In this document: positions 51,888 to 64,000 of the stretch, one piece after another | How positions within the stretch are numbered: the first letter of the stretch is position 1 | Layout of the letters: every line of letters starts with the position of its first letter | Assembly (NCBI GenBank): GCA_964016885.1 | Contig: OZ024743.1 | Coordinates: 275,404,001 to 275,468,000 of the forward strand | DNA from: Eledone cirrhosa | Taxonomy: Eukaryota | Direction: 5' to 3' | Length of the DNA stretch: 64,000 nt | The notes under the pieces: generated by a model | Databases searched by the model: none | What the model was told of the DNA's origin: nothing | Seen by the model: only the letters and a program-made list of their open reading frames with translations | Program-made: the position numbers and the translations under genes

Positions 51888-52752
51888 GTGAGTCACTTTT
51901 GCAACAAAAGTGTTTAGGGGGAATAATTTATACAATTTTGTTTGTACTGAAGCCACTATAAAATGTACCCAGCACATTCTGTAAAGTGGTAATATTGGTA
52001 CCATAAGATGCACACGGTATACTTTGTAAAGTGGTAGTACTGGTGTCATGATGAAATGATCTGTCCAGCTATGCTAAGATGGAAAGTGAACGTAAAATGA
52101 TAATTGAAATATGAACAGGAATTGGTAATAGAGCATAAGAAAGAAATGTTTTGTGCACTCTGTCTCAATTTAATTCCTGCTGTAGCTTACTTGGGTGGTA
52201 GACTCAATCTGTCACCTGGTTTAACACCACCATCAGGCTTTTGGGGACTATCAACAGACTCCATTCTGTTGCAAGCATTTGGACCATGTCTTCAGTTTGT
52301 GGATAACTTCCTCCCACCAGTTTAAGAGGATCTGATAAAGGGCCAATAGCACTGGTCTTAACTCATTGATAAAAACATGCAGAACCTAATATATAATGAG
52401 TTATCTCCAATTTTTATATCAAGTTCGTAGAGTAATATTTAAATGAGTGGTTTCCTAATTTATTTTATTACAGACCCTTCTACAGTTTTCCAAAAACTGT
52501 GTAACTCACACCCATATTTTACAGACAATCCTCACCACTCAAATTCTATTAGGTTAGCAAATGAAACAAAATTTAGCAGGGAAAACAAACATAAAAAAAA
52601 TACAATATACTTTTTATTAAATTTTATTAAAAGACAGCTTATCTCGTGAGTTTGATTTCTGAACTGGATGACATGTGTTTTTGAGTAAGACATTTCATTT
52701 CATATTGCTTTTCAATAAAACACAGGAGAAACCTCTTATGAGATGTAATGTT

Positions 52753-53417
52753 CATCATCATCATCATCATCAACGTTTAACGTCCGTGTTCCACGCTTGC
52801 ATGGGTTTGGACGGGGGTAGTCCCACTTGAGGCAAGAGTGATTGTCTTGCTCGCATAGGACTGTCTGGCAAGTTTTCTACAGTTGGGTGCCCTTCCTAAC
52901 ACCAACCACATTTACAGTGTGGGTCTGGGAGGTTTTTACCGTGTTGCCTACACGGCCACATTACAGCGTGGACTGTGTGTTTTTTTGTCGTGACACCTAC
53001 ACGATCTCATTTGTTTCGGCCTGGATGGCGCGGCACCAACATAACTTTACATAGAACGGGGTGGGGTGGGGGTGGGACGGGGTGTATTTTGTTAGAGATG
53101 CCTACTGGCTGTAGTAGGTTTTACTATGTATTTAGGTAAGGCGGGTCATCTCTGTTACTGAGTACCGCCAAAGGTCTCAGTCCAGTGACATTGTCTTGGA
53201 GGGGTGTAAGTGTGTGAGGTCGGAGTTTATCAGCTCGTCCCAGGTTTTTCTAGGTCTGCTTATTCCGTGGCTACCGTCTATCTTTATTGCCCTGCACTTT
53301 GTTATACAGCTATCGACTTTCATGCGCATCACGTGTCCATACCAATGTAGCCTTCTCTCGAGTAAACAACATCTGATCCCTCTTATTTCTAAATTTTTTC
53401 CTTAGTTCGTTTATGCT
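52753..53417 (-). mobile_element. RTE 3' fragment
   Basis: C-terminal ORF remnant, 3' UTR and (GAT)n tail matching the 34254 subfamily. Confidence 0.9.
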
Positions 53418-53951
53418 TTAATGTTGTAGGATGCAAACTAAACCTGTATAGATATTAGCTGTAAATTTATTTTTTTTATATCTCATAGAACTCTTAGGTG
53501 GTTGAGAACTAACTTTGGGAAAGACTGATTCAAATTAAGAGAACTCTTCAATTGTGTCAAGGCACGACAACCTCCCTAGTTTTGGTGATCTACATGATAA
53601 ACGCACCCAGTACACTCCAAAGTGGTTGGTGATAAAGGGCATCCACCCATAGAAATCCTGCCAAACGGAGTCTGGAAGACTCTTCAGCTGTGTCACAGAC
53701 ATGACAACTTTCTGAGCACTTGTCACACTAAAATGCACCCAGTACATTCTGTAAAGTGCAGGAATGTATGTGAGAAGCGAGCACTTGGTTGTTCTGAGAG
53801 GTCAGTAGCTTCAATTAACTGCTGACTTGGTCAGTAATGGCCTGTTCAATCTTTGATAGCAGAGAAAATGGATGTTAAATGTTGATGATGATATGACTAA
53901 AGTTTCTTTCACTTTTCAAGATTTCAATAATTCTCTTTTTTTGCTTTATAG

Positions 53952-54087
53952 ACGTTACTTAAATGTCCCAAGAGAAACAAACCGTGAAGATCTGGAAGTG
54001 TATTATTCAATTAATTCTGACATGAGGGAATTAGCATATCAGGCAGCCAGGCGGCGCATGCAAGAACAGCAACCACAGAACACATGA
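53952..54087 (+). CDS. AMFR: AMFR terminal coding exon L with VIM (p97/VCP-interacting motif RELAYQAARRR) and TGA stop
   Basis: tttatag acceptor, phase 2; R-x5-AA-x2-R VIM pattern; stop at 54085-87. Confidence 0.93.
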
Positions 54088-54737
54088 AAGTCATCTCCAC
54101 AAAAATACAATTGCTCCTCTCCAACACTTTCCTTTTCTTCATGACTTCTTATTTCATATTTTTGTCCCTTTCTCTCTTTACTTGAAGTTCACTTGCTTTC
54201 TTCTACCCTCCCTTTAGGGTGTAGAACATTGCTACATAATAACACCCTGCACCCAGTTGTCATTCTGTTAGCAGGAGAAGAGAGAACTGGAATTATGGTG
54301 ATGCTGATGATGATGATGATAATCGACAAATGAAAAACACACTTGAATGTGATCTGAGTCTAACTGAGAACATCTGTTGCTTCCCAGCACTTTTGTATCT
54401 GGTCTACAGTATACTAAACCAATGCTTTTACAGCCTGCTTGTTACAGGTTGGGGATGAGACAGTCAGAACACATACTCAACACATGGAAGTTCGACTTCA
54501 TTGCATTCATATTGTTCTTATAGATATTGTAAAACTTTTTTTTTCTTTTTGAAAGTCAGAACTCTATTTTATATATTTGGATAAGTAATACAGATGAATG
54601 CAATATTTTATTTAAGGCGTAATACAGACACCAACAAATACACATTAACACACACACACAGGCAGGATACTAGGTTTTTACTTAAGTATGCATGCCATAC
54701 TGTTTTGTGTGACAAACTTTTGTCAATAAACACATTA

Positions 54738-54780
54738 AAGTATATATATATATATATAGACACGCACACGTGTGTATGTA

Positions 54781-54835
<55 letters not shown>

Positions 54836-55052
54836 ATACATATATGTAAATATGGATTCACTCTGTAGTGAAATGCAAAACAGTGAAAAATACTCAATAC
54901 TGTTAAGTAGAATAGAGTAATATCCATTCAAAACCAAATCATCGTGAATCTCTACTTAGAGTTTATTGTTACCGATTCTCAGTCGCCTGAAGCTCAGTAA
55001 GGAGAAACTCTGAATAACAATTCATGAAAACTCAGCTTTGAATATATATATA

Positions 55053-55104
<52 letters not shown>

Positions 55105-55165
55105 GTGTGTGTGTGTAGGTATGCAGATGTGAATATATGTTTTTATATATATATATGTGTGAATA
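54738..55165. repeat. (TA)n/(TG)n microsatellite clusters
   Basis: directly visible. Confidence 0.9.
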
Positions 55166-56017
55166 TGTATGTATATTGGATTTTGACTCTGTTGTATTAA
55201 AAAAAAAACTTGATTAGATATTCTATGAATTTGTACAGTTGTTACTGCTGTTGAGCGTGGAGTTCAAATTTTGTTTCTTTTTTCTGTTTGAGCATACACA
55301 AAAGGTGTATTACCAAACACCATATATATTGAGCAATATTAATGAAATATATGTGTTGTCGTATTTGGAAGGATCAAGCCGCTCTTCAAGATATGTGCAC
55401 TGTTTGAGTTTCACTTCAGTTTTCATTATTAATCAGGTAATAAGGACAAAAAGATGATGTAAAGTTGAAGTTGGTGAAGACAGGAGATACAGACGACAGA
55501 AGTCATCAATAAGATCAGACTGTGTAGTGAAAGGACTTTGACAATTAACTAATTAATTAGTTGATTAACAAACTAATGGATTATCTGATTTATGATAAAA
55601 GCTGAAGTGAAACTCATCTGGTACGTGTGTCTTAATTGGCAGTTCAACCCTCCTAAATTACAACTACATCTGTTTCAACACATGATGCTACAGCAAGACT
55701 TTTGCAAAACTAATACAACTACAAAATATATATATATATATATATATACACACTCACTATCTACATATGTATATGTATGCTTATACCAGAATTAACATAA
55801 CTTAAGAAGGTAGTGAGCATGGTAAAAAATCTATTATACACTTTTGTGTTGCTAGCTTAATTTTCCATTTGACTCCTCTCTGTTTCTAAAAAAAGAAAAA
55901 AATATTTTATTTAGAAAACAATATTTTCTGAATATTCTATCAATTTACTATGTTGGATAAAAATTGTACCCCTCCATTAATCTGCAATAATTTATGAAAA
56001 CAAATATTTGCCTTTAA

Positions 56018-56247
56018 CCCTTTCGTTGCCATATTTCTAATGACAGATGCTGCTTATAGTTTCCAAATAATTTTGAAAATAATCAGAAATTTTGATGGGT
56101 TTTGTAATGTAACTAGCCTTATTATTAAGTTGTTTGGAACATGACTTAACAAAGGTTGTTACTTAAAATTGTATATAAAGATTTTAAAACAAATAGTTTT
56201 TCATCATAGAACCTGTGATGGTTTCAGGCAGCTTGGTATCAAAAGGG
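56018..56247. mobile_element. TTAA-flanked MITE with piggyBac-like CCC...GGG ends
   Basis: ttaa|ccctttcgttgcca ... tggtatcaaaaggg|ttaa; inverted copy at 12416-12657; partial copies near 28400-28598 and 51540-51693. Confidence 0.78.
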
Positions 56248-58699
56248 TTAAGCTAGGTAATGCAGTTAATATTCAAGATATTTTCTTGATAATAATTCAA
56301 AATTTTAATTTTTGTTTCTTTTGATTGAAAGGAGTGTTTTTTATTATTTTTTTATATACTTACTTCCTCAATTTTAACATAAACTTTCTGCATCATGAAA
56401 TGAAGAGAAAAAGATAAATTCAAAAGTAAAATATTTTATTAAAAATTTACAATATAATTTAAACAAACAAAAAAACATAGTGGATGGTAATTAAACTAAT
56501 AGGGCATTTGTCCCTACTTGGGGTCTGTGGGGGTCCATGAGCTAAGTTCAAAATCTCAAGTATTTTGTTTAAAAAAACATGCACATGCTATTGGATATCC
56601 ATTCTTCTCTAAGTATAAAGATTTCTCCTTCAATTGTTATTCTCACCATATTACAATCTGGGATGGGAGCAATTGTAGCAGATGATGTGCTTTCATGGGA
56701 AAATTCATTTACATAAAAGGGGTGATTAGTAATGAAAAAAAATGAAATTTACCTGCTCACCCCTATGCAGGTTTAGTTGGTCTCCTATGAGGTTGTATTT
56801 CATAGGAGGTTTATCAGGTGTTTTAATAAGGGACTCAGTCTTATAAGGAAAGACAGATAAAGTGTTGTGTTCAAGAGAACAATGCACCACCTGATCCAAG
56901 AATCAAACCCACAATTTACAATTGTGAATTCAATATCCTAACTATTAGGCCACATGCCTTTGTAGGGGAAACGGTTGGGAACCACTAGTAAGGTATAAAA
57001 CTAAAACAAAATTCTTTGCTGAGCTGTTAACTATGAGACTTGCTTTGCTTTCAAGTGGCCTAAATATATTACTTGTTGATATGTTTCCAGCATAAAAAAT
57101 TTCCAAATATACAGTTTGAGAAAATTTGAAAAAAAAGTTCTATTTAATATATTGTTATATTTAAAGTCTAAAATTTATATTAAAAACAAACAGAAATAAA
57201 TAAAGTTTTCTTACTTCCTTCACTTTCACAAACATGTTCAATAATATATTGAGAGAATTGGTTGTCATTAGAGCATCAGATAAAATAATGTCTTGCATTA
57301 TTTGTTCTACCAGTTTATGTTCTGAGTTAATATCCTGCTAGGGATAAATAAAGTATCGGTCAAGCACTGGGGATGAATTTTTATTGACTAACTCCTTCCC
57401 ACAGATTTGAGGTTTTGTGTCTATGTAAGAAATTATTAATGGCAGCAAATTAGCAAAATTATTAGTGTTCGACAAAATGCCTTGGGGTATTTGTTCTAGC
57501 TTTTTACGTTCTGAGGTCAACGTCACTTTACATCTTTCTGGAGTTGATGAAATAAAGTACCAAACAAGTACTGGGGTCAATTTAATTGGTTAACCCTTCC
57601 TCTCCCTTGAATTTCTGGCCTTGTGTCTGTTAGAAATAATAAATTCTTTATATATTCTTTGTATTTTATTGTACTTGAAATAATTTCAGTTTCTTGTGTA
57701 ATTAGTTATTTAGGATCTTCTAAGAAGCTTCCAATATTTTTTCTGTGTCTCTTTGGGTTATCCTCATCTATATGAGTAGACAACTGAATTGGCAGAGCGT
57801 CGGAGAAAAATATCTTGTGCTATTTCTTAACGTCACTTTATGTTCTGAGTTCAGATTGATTTTTTGCCGTTTCATCCTTCCACGGTGAATAAAAGAAATA
57901 CCAGTCATATACAGTGTTATAGTTGACTACATATCCTTGAAGGTGATGCTCCAGCATGACCAGAGTCTAATGATTGAAGTCAATAAAAGAATGAGATTAT
58001 TTTCTCAGATACAAATCACTCGCTACATTTTTTCATTGTCTTAATTTTATTTTTAACTCTGAGTGCCAGTGCTGTTTACCCACCCACTTATTTACAGGCA
58101 TGTTAATGCCTTTGAAACCATTGGCAATGTATAAATAAGTTAAACTGTTATTGTGTGTGTGTGTGTGCTTAATATTGCTGATAGTGAGAATGAGTATTCA
58201 ACAACCCTGTGGACACACTGGCGAAATTCCAGATTAACAGGACACCGACATGACCATAATAAATAATTATTAAACTCTCACTCTCCTTTTCACATAGTGA
58301 GTTCCACTCACTGCGGGTTGTTGTATCATCCTTCAGCAAGTTACTTTATTTCACAATACTCCAGTTGATACAGCTGACAAAAATGATTTGTACATGTAAT
58401 CTAAAGGATTAGTTATGTGATGCTCAATCTTCCTGTGAATTATGTTAAAAGTGCATGTCTGGAATGCTCATTGATTTGCAGATATTGCTTTTGCAAATGA
58501 TTAGAGCAAGTACCAAGCCATGATTGTGTGTAAAGTGGGTGCTGGCAATATAAAAACCATATCCATGACAGTTTTAGGAGCACGAAACGATGTTAAATTA
58601 TTCTATATAGTAGTACTTGATTATTAATTTATTTGAATATCCAGTTTACTTGTGTGTGTGTGTAGTGGCCAACATTAACAGTACCATGCCTGCCTCTCC

Positions 58700-59230
58700 G
58701 ACATGTAGAATCCCCGTGGTTATGAAACCATTGTTAATCATCACCCTAACAGCAAAATGGTTAATCTGTTCACACCTTGGTTTTGAAGTCTCCCAGTAAA
58801 ATAAATTTGTCTGACTTGGGGACTTTCCAGAGTACAGCTCTCAGCTAAGCACAGAATGCAGTCTTCATTAGGATTACCAGGCACTTATCCAAGAAGCAAA
58901 GTGTTTGAGCAAGCACATTTATCAATTGGCTCTATATATATATATAGGGATAGGAAGCTCTTCTAATATCTTAAACATTTAGAGCTAACATCAGCCTCAT
59001 TGTGCTCTTCTTTCAATTTACCCCACCAAGAAAGAGTGTAACCACTTCTAATTTCTTCACGCTACTCATCACCTTCTAGTTGAGTCTTTGAGAGAGCAGC
59101 TATAACTACATGATATCAACTTGGTCTGCATGAAACAAATACAGTACGTCTTTCAGTATTACATTCATTCTTATAATTCAGCAGTGTCCGCACATTCCAA
59201 CTGGAAATATTCATGGAGCATTCAGACATT
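58700..59230 (-). mobile_element. Old BovB-like RTE endonuclease (5') remnant
   Basis: SWNVRTLL..ERRT..IAALSKTQLEG..GYTLSWWGK..DKFILLGDF across stop codons. Confidence 0.72.
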
Positions 59231-59341
59231 TTGTATTTTTTACTTCATTTTGTGAGTGTAAAGCAGATGACTGTTAGAACAAATTGACCAGATATACATA
59301 CACTCAAAGAATATATATACTGATGTATGTATGTGTGTGTG

Positions 59342-59377
<36 letters not shown>

Positions 59378-59432
59378 GTATGTATATATGTGTGTGTGTG
59401 TAGACTATATACAGCAGACTAATTGAATTGCA

Positions 59433-60258
59433 AGAGAGGAACGAAGCTTGCATGCTCCGCTGGATGTGTAATAGTAATATACGTTAACGGCAAAGCATAA
59501 GCGAACTAAGGAAAAAATTAGAAATAAGAGGGATCAGATGTTTACTCGAGAGAAGGCTACGTTGGTATGGTCACGTGATGCGCATGAAAGTCGATAGCTG
59601 TATAACAAAGTGCAGGGCAATAAAGATAGACGGTAGCCACGGAGTAGGCAGACCCAGAAAAACCTGGGACGAGCTGATAAATTCCGACCTCACACACTTA
59701 CACCTCTCCAAGACAATGCCACTGGACCGAGACCTTTGGCGGTACTCAGTAATAGAGAAGACCCGCCTTGCCTAAATACAAAGTAAAACCTACTACAGTC
59801 AGTAGGCATCTCTAACAAAATACACCACCCCCACCCCATCCACACCACCCCTTTCAATGTAAAGTTATGTTGGTGCAACAACATCCAGGCCGAAACAAAT
59901 GAGATCGTGTAGGTGACACGACAAAAAAACACAGTCCACACTGTAATGTGGTCGTGTAGGCAACACGGTAAAAACCTCCCAGCCCCACACTGTAAATGTG
60001 GTTGGTGTTAGGAAGGGCATCCAGCTGTAGAAAACCCGCCAGACAGTCCACGCTGTAATGTGGCCGTGTAGGCAACACGGTAAAAACCTCCCAGCCCCAC
60101 ACTGTAAATGTGGTTGGTGTTAGGAAGGGCATCCAGCTGTAGAAAACCCGCCAGACAGTCCTATGCGAGCAAGATAACCACTCTTGCCTCAAGTGGGAAA
60201 ACCCCCGTCCAAACCCATGCAAGCGTGGAACACGGATGTTAAACGTTGATGATGATAT
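59433..60258 (+). mobile_element. RTE 3' fragment with an internal 112-bp tandem duplication
   Basis: RLRWYGHVMRMK...GRPRKTW, followed by 3' UTR and (GAT)n tail. Confidence 0.92.
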
Positions 60259-60339
60259 GAATTTACACATTGAGTATTTCCCTGTGAATTGTAAAAAAGT
60301 AATCTACTCGGATTTTCAATAAACTTTCAAACTTTTGGA

Positions 60340-60915
60340 GGATTTTCATCAGAAAATATATTTCCATATCTCTAACACCTGCAGATATGCTTACAAAATT
60401 AGAAAACAGTACAGCTCTCATGACATTCGGAAACATTTTTTCACACTCAGATTTGCTGAAACATGGAACAAATTACCTGTATCAGTTGTTAGCTGTCAGG
60501 ACACTGCCTCCTTCAAAACTTTCATTCTTCCTGATATTCCCAATTTATACACACATATGCAGGTGTGTGTATATCGTAACTCATACACCGTTCACTTACC
60601 TGATATTTGTACTTTATTCTATGGGTGGCGTATTGGCAGCATCAGTAGAGCGTCAGGCACCATAGAGTTGTGGCCCTTTACGTTCTGAGTTCAAGTCCTG
60701 CTGAGGTTAGCTTTGCCTTTCATCTTTACAGGGTCAATAAAATAAAGCACCAGTAATGCACTGGAATCGATTTAATCGACTTTCCCCTCCCCCCAAATTG
60801 CTGGCCTTGTGCCTAAATCAGAAACCATTATTCTATGTACTATACATGCACTTTTGATGATTTATAGTGCATCTGAGCCCTGTACACAAACAATAATTTT
60901 CATTATATTATATCA
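60340..60915 (+). mobile_element. CR1 3' fragment interrupted by a SINE
   Basis: AYKIRKQYSSHDIRKHFFTLR...WNKLP and 3' UTR homologous to 21130-21488. Confidence 0.88.
60624..60827 (+). mobile_element. tRNA-derived SINE with a 10-bp target-site duplication
   Basis: ttattctatg at 60614-60623 and at 60828-60837. Confidence 0.88.
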
Positions 60916-60923
60916 TAATGATA

Positions 60924-61110
60924 AAGGTGGTGGATTGGCAGTAGAGGGTCAAACGCCATGCTTGGCATCAAAGTTACGGCCCTTTACCGAGTTCAAATCC
61001 CGCCGAAGTTAACTTTGCATTTCATTCTTACAGAGTCGACAAATTAAAGTACCAGTAACACACTGGGGTAATTGCTGGCCTTATGCCAAAAGTAGAAACA
61101 ATTATATTAT
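60924..61110 (+). mobile_element. tRNA-derived SINE after the CR1 tail
   Basis: family consensus with B box gagttcaaatccc. Confidence 0.85.
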
Positions 61111-61254
61111 ATCATCTAAAGAACCTAGTAGTATCACTGAAATGGACGCACTAATTTACATATAGCGCTTATGTTGTTTGTTAATCATTGATATATATTT
61201 AATTGAGCGAATTAAATGATTGATATCATACACTCTTAGACACACTTGTTGACA

Positions 61255-61470
61255 AATATCGGAAGTCAATGTACTGTTATGTTGTACCGTTGGTAACACA
61301 TGGCAACCAGTTGTTTGCTACGGCCGGCTCCATCGCTGTGACCATCCATCCAGAACAGACACACGCGCACAGATATGCAGACACGCACTGCCACATGTTC
61401 AGGCACCTTCAGCCAACGAGGAAACTAACAACACTTGAGCTACAACAAATAACCAAATCGCCATGTTGTT
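61255..61470. promoter_or_regulatory. Candidate promoter/enhancer motif cluster (ETS, RFX X-box-like, YY1-like)
   Basis: CGGAAGT at 61260-66; GTAACACATGGCAAC at 61293-61307; CAACATGGCG on the minus strand at ~61459-68; more CpG than the flanks. Confidence 0.35.
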
Positions 61471-61720
61471 GGTTGTAGTGATGATGTTGGTGGTGGTAGT
61501 ATTGGTGTTGATGTCGTTATTGTTGGGAGAGGTGGTGGTGGGGCTGGTGTTGTTATTTATGGTGGTGGTGGCGGTGGGGAGTATTGGTGTTGTTGTTTAT
61601 GATAGTGGTGGTGGTGGTGGTGGGAGAGTCGGTATTGTCGGTAAAGCTGTTGGTGGTGGTGGAGAGTCGGTGTTGTCGGTAGAGATGAGGGTGGTGGGGC
61701 TGGTGTTTATGGTGAGGGAG
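61470..61720. repeat. Degenerate (GGT)n/(GTT)n low-complexity tract
   Basis: directly visible; accounts for the Val/Gly-rich ORF 61463-61951. Confidence 0.8.
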
Positions 61721-62149
61721 TTCGTGTTACGCAGTACACACGCGTACGCGTGTACTTGCACACCCAAACACATGTTCATTCACGCAACTCTACACATATA
61801 CAATACATCACCTTCCACCTCCCCTCACATACACATGCCGATCGATTCTAACATCGATGTTTATCTTTCATCTCTTGTCAAATACCCGGTGGAGGATTGT
61901 TTAAAAACCCTAAATGATATATTCACAATAAAGGTAACAATTGTTTATTAGCCCAACTAAACTACCTAGGTGTTAGTTAAACCAGCTCTGGAAGTCTTTA
62001 TGAAGAACCAAGGGTAGTTTACAGTGCCGGATTAAAACTTTGATGAGGCCATGTGCTGTAGAAAGCTTGGAGATCCCTCTTTAAATAAACATTACACTAG
62101 AAGGGTTTCACACAAAAAGAGATAAATAAAATAAAACATATATGTCTTT

Positions 62150-62348
62150 TTGCGCCGGACATCATGCTTTGTGGCATATAGTCACGTCTCTTTAAGTTCT
62201 GAGTTCAAATCGCGCCGAAGTTAGCTTTGCCTTTCATCCTTACGGAGTTGATAAAATAAGGGACCAGTAAGATACTAAAGTCGATTTAATCGACTTCTCC
62301 CTTCTCTTTAAATTGCTAGCCTTGTGCCTAAAGTAGAAACTATTATTT
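62150..62348 (+). mobile_element. tRNA-derived SINE, 5'-eroded
   Basis: B box, core and gtagaaactattatt tail. Confidence 0.8.
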
Positions 62349-62789
62349 TGAGGCCTTTTCTTTATTTAAGACCCTAAGAATGTACTTTCTTTGAAGAAAA
62401 ACAATGAAAATCCATTCAATAATGTAAACCAAGAAAAAAATATAACCACTGTTGGAACATCTATGATCACAGGTCTTCTGGATCAGGACTGACCTAGGGT
62501 TAAATAACTGGATGTGGATCTACGGAATATTGCAATGAAACATCAGAATATTTTTGTACCTGGAAGAAAAACTCTGCCAAAGGATTATTCATTAGTAGTG
62601 TACACACACCCGCACGTACAGACACATTACACACTCGCACCCGCACGTACAGACACACACACACGCACAAGCTGCTCTTTATATATACTTATATACATAC
62701 TATAACATATACACCTATATCATCTTTCACACACAACGGTAGCTATAGATACTACCAAGAAACATCAACTTAACTACGAGAGTGAAGTG

Positions 62790-63090
<301 letters not shown>

Positions 63091-64000
63091 TGACGCCTGT
63101 ATATACAAACACACACACTCACATATGTATGCATAGAAAGATACATATTTTCAGATGCAAAAATCACTAGGTTGTTTCTGAACATAACTGTTTCTACTTT
63201 AGGCACAAGGCCAGCAATTACCTAGAACATTACTGGTACTTTATAATAATAATTGTTTCTACTTTAGGCACAAGGCCAGCAATATTATATATAACTTATT
63301 TGAATGTGTCACCATTGTGAGCATTGACATTTCGTGTTTAAATTATTGATTGCACTGAGAGAAAAAGAGTGAGATAGACAGAGAGAGAGTGTGTGTATAG
63401 TAGATATATCGATGAGTTGAACTTGGCTTGCTGAACCAATTCGCTGGAATTCATCATCTATATTACAACATTCACTATAAATATCTATCTATCTATCTGT
63501 CTTTCACTCCGCCTCTTTCTCCCTCTCTCTCTCTCTACACACATATGCGTGTGAACGACACATACATACACACATACACTCATGTACGCACACACACCAT
63601 TTTATATAAAACATACATGAACATTTAAGTATATATATATAGATACGGATATACAATATGAATACATAAGTATATATATATATATATATATATACAAATC
63701 TGCAAAATAATTGTTTTACGCGACTATATACTTACATGAATACACGTGTACATATACGCGTGGTTACATATACATACATGCATAAGTGCGTACAAACATA
63801 CATATATACATAAATATATATAGGTACGTACGTACGCACATACATATATATACATGGTGGCTGCCAACTCTTTTTCGAGTACGGCCACTACTTTATATCC
63901 ATGTAGGAGAACCCCTACCGATGCGCTGAACGAGTGTGATTTTTTAGTCCAGCCAGCGACTTGAAAACTCTGGTACAAACACTACACTTGTGACAATTAT

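Larger units (their letters stand above)
54088..57205 (+). other. AMFR: Probable AMFR 3' UTR; its 3' end is uncertain
   Basis: TE-poor AT-rich stretch after the stop codon, with (TA)n/(TG)n microsatellites and candidate AATAAA signals near 54725 and 57195. Confidence 0.45.

Noticed and set aside
54975-55015. ctgaag-ctc-agtaag-gag-aaac in the 3' UTR resembling a hammerhead
   Set aside because: The core is CTGAAGC rather than CTGANGA, and stems I and III do not form.
61463-61951. 162-aa Val/Gly-rich ORF
   Set aside because: Derived from a degenerate (GGT)n tract; no recognisable domain or splice support.
63850-63985. CpG-containing unique stretch within minus-strand ORF 63724-63978
   Set aside because: At the window edge, with no recognisable homology or clear splice sites.

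Overview
AT-rich, intron-rich eukaryotic DNA, not prokaryotic. The SINE, RTE-LINE and microsatellite landscape suggests an octopus or other coleoid cephalopod (inference). The only host gene I can reconstruct is AMFR/gp78, an ERAD RING E3 ligase on the + strand: 12 coding exons from 3766 to 54087, all GT-AG and phase-consistent, giving 1758 nt (585 aa plus stop). The 5' exon(s) lie outside the window. Introns and flanks contain about a dozen decayed RTE-clade LINE copies whose RT carries an inserted C4HC3 (PHD-type) finger, two CR1-clade copies, one HERO/NeSL-type restriction-endonuclease-like non-LTR remnant, a BovB-like endonuclease remnant, a mariner fossil, TTAA-flanked MITEs and at least two tRNA-derived SINE families. 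The most unusual feature is a ~320-bp imperfect rod-like palindrome at 12861-13183 with hammerhead-ribozyme cores in both polarities (viroid-like architecture). There is also a separate minimal Penelope-type hammerhead at ~5060-5100. Most ORF-track entries are spurious or TE-derived.
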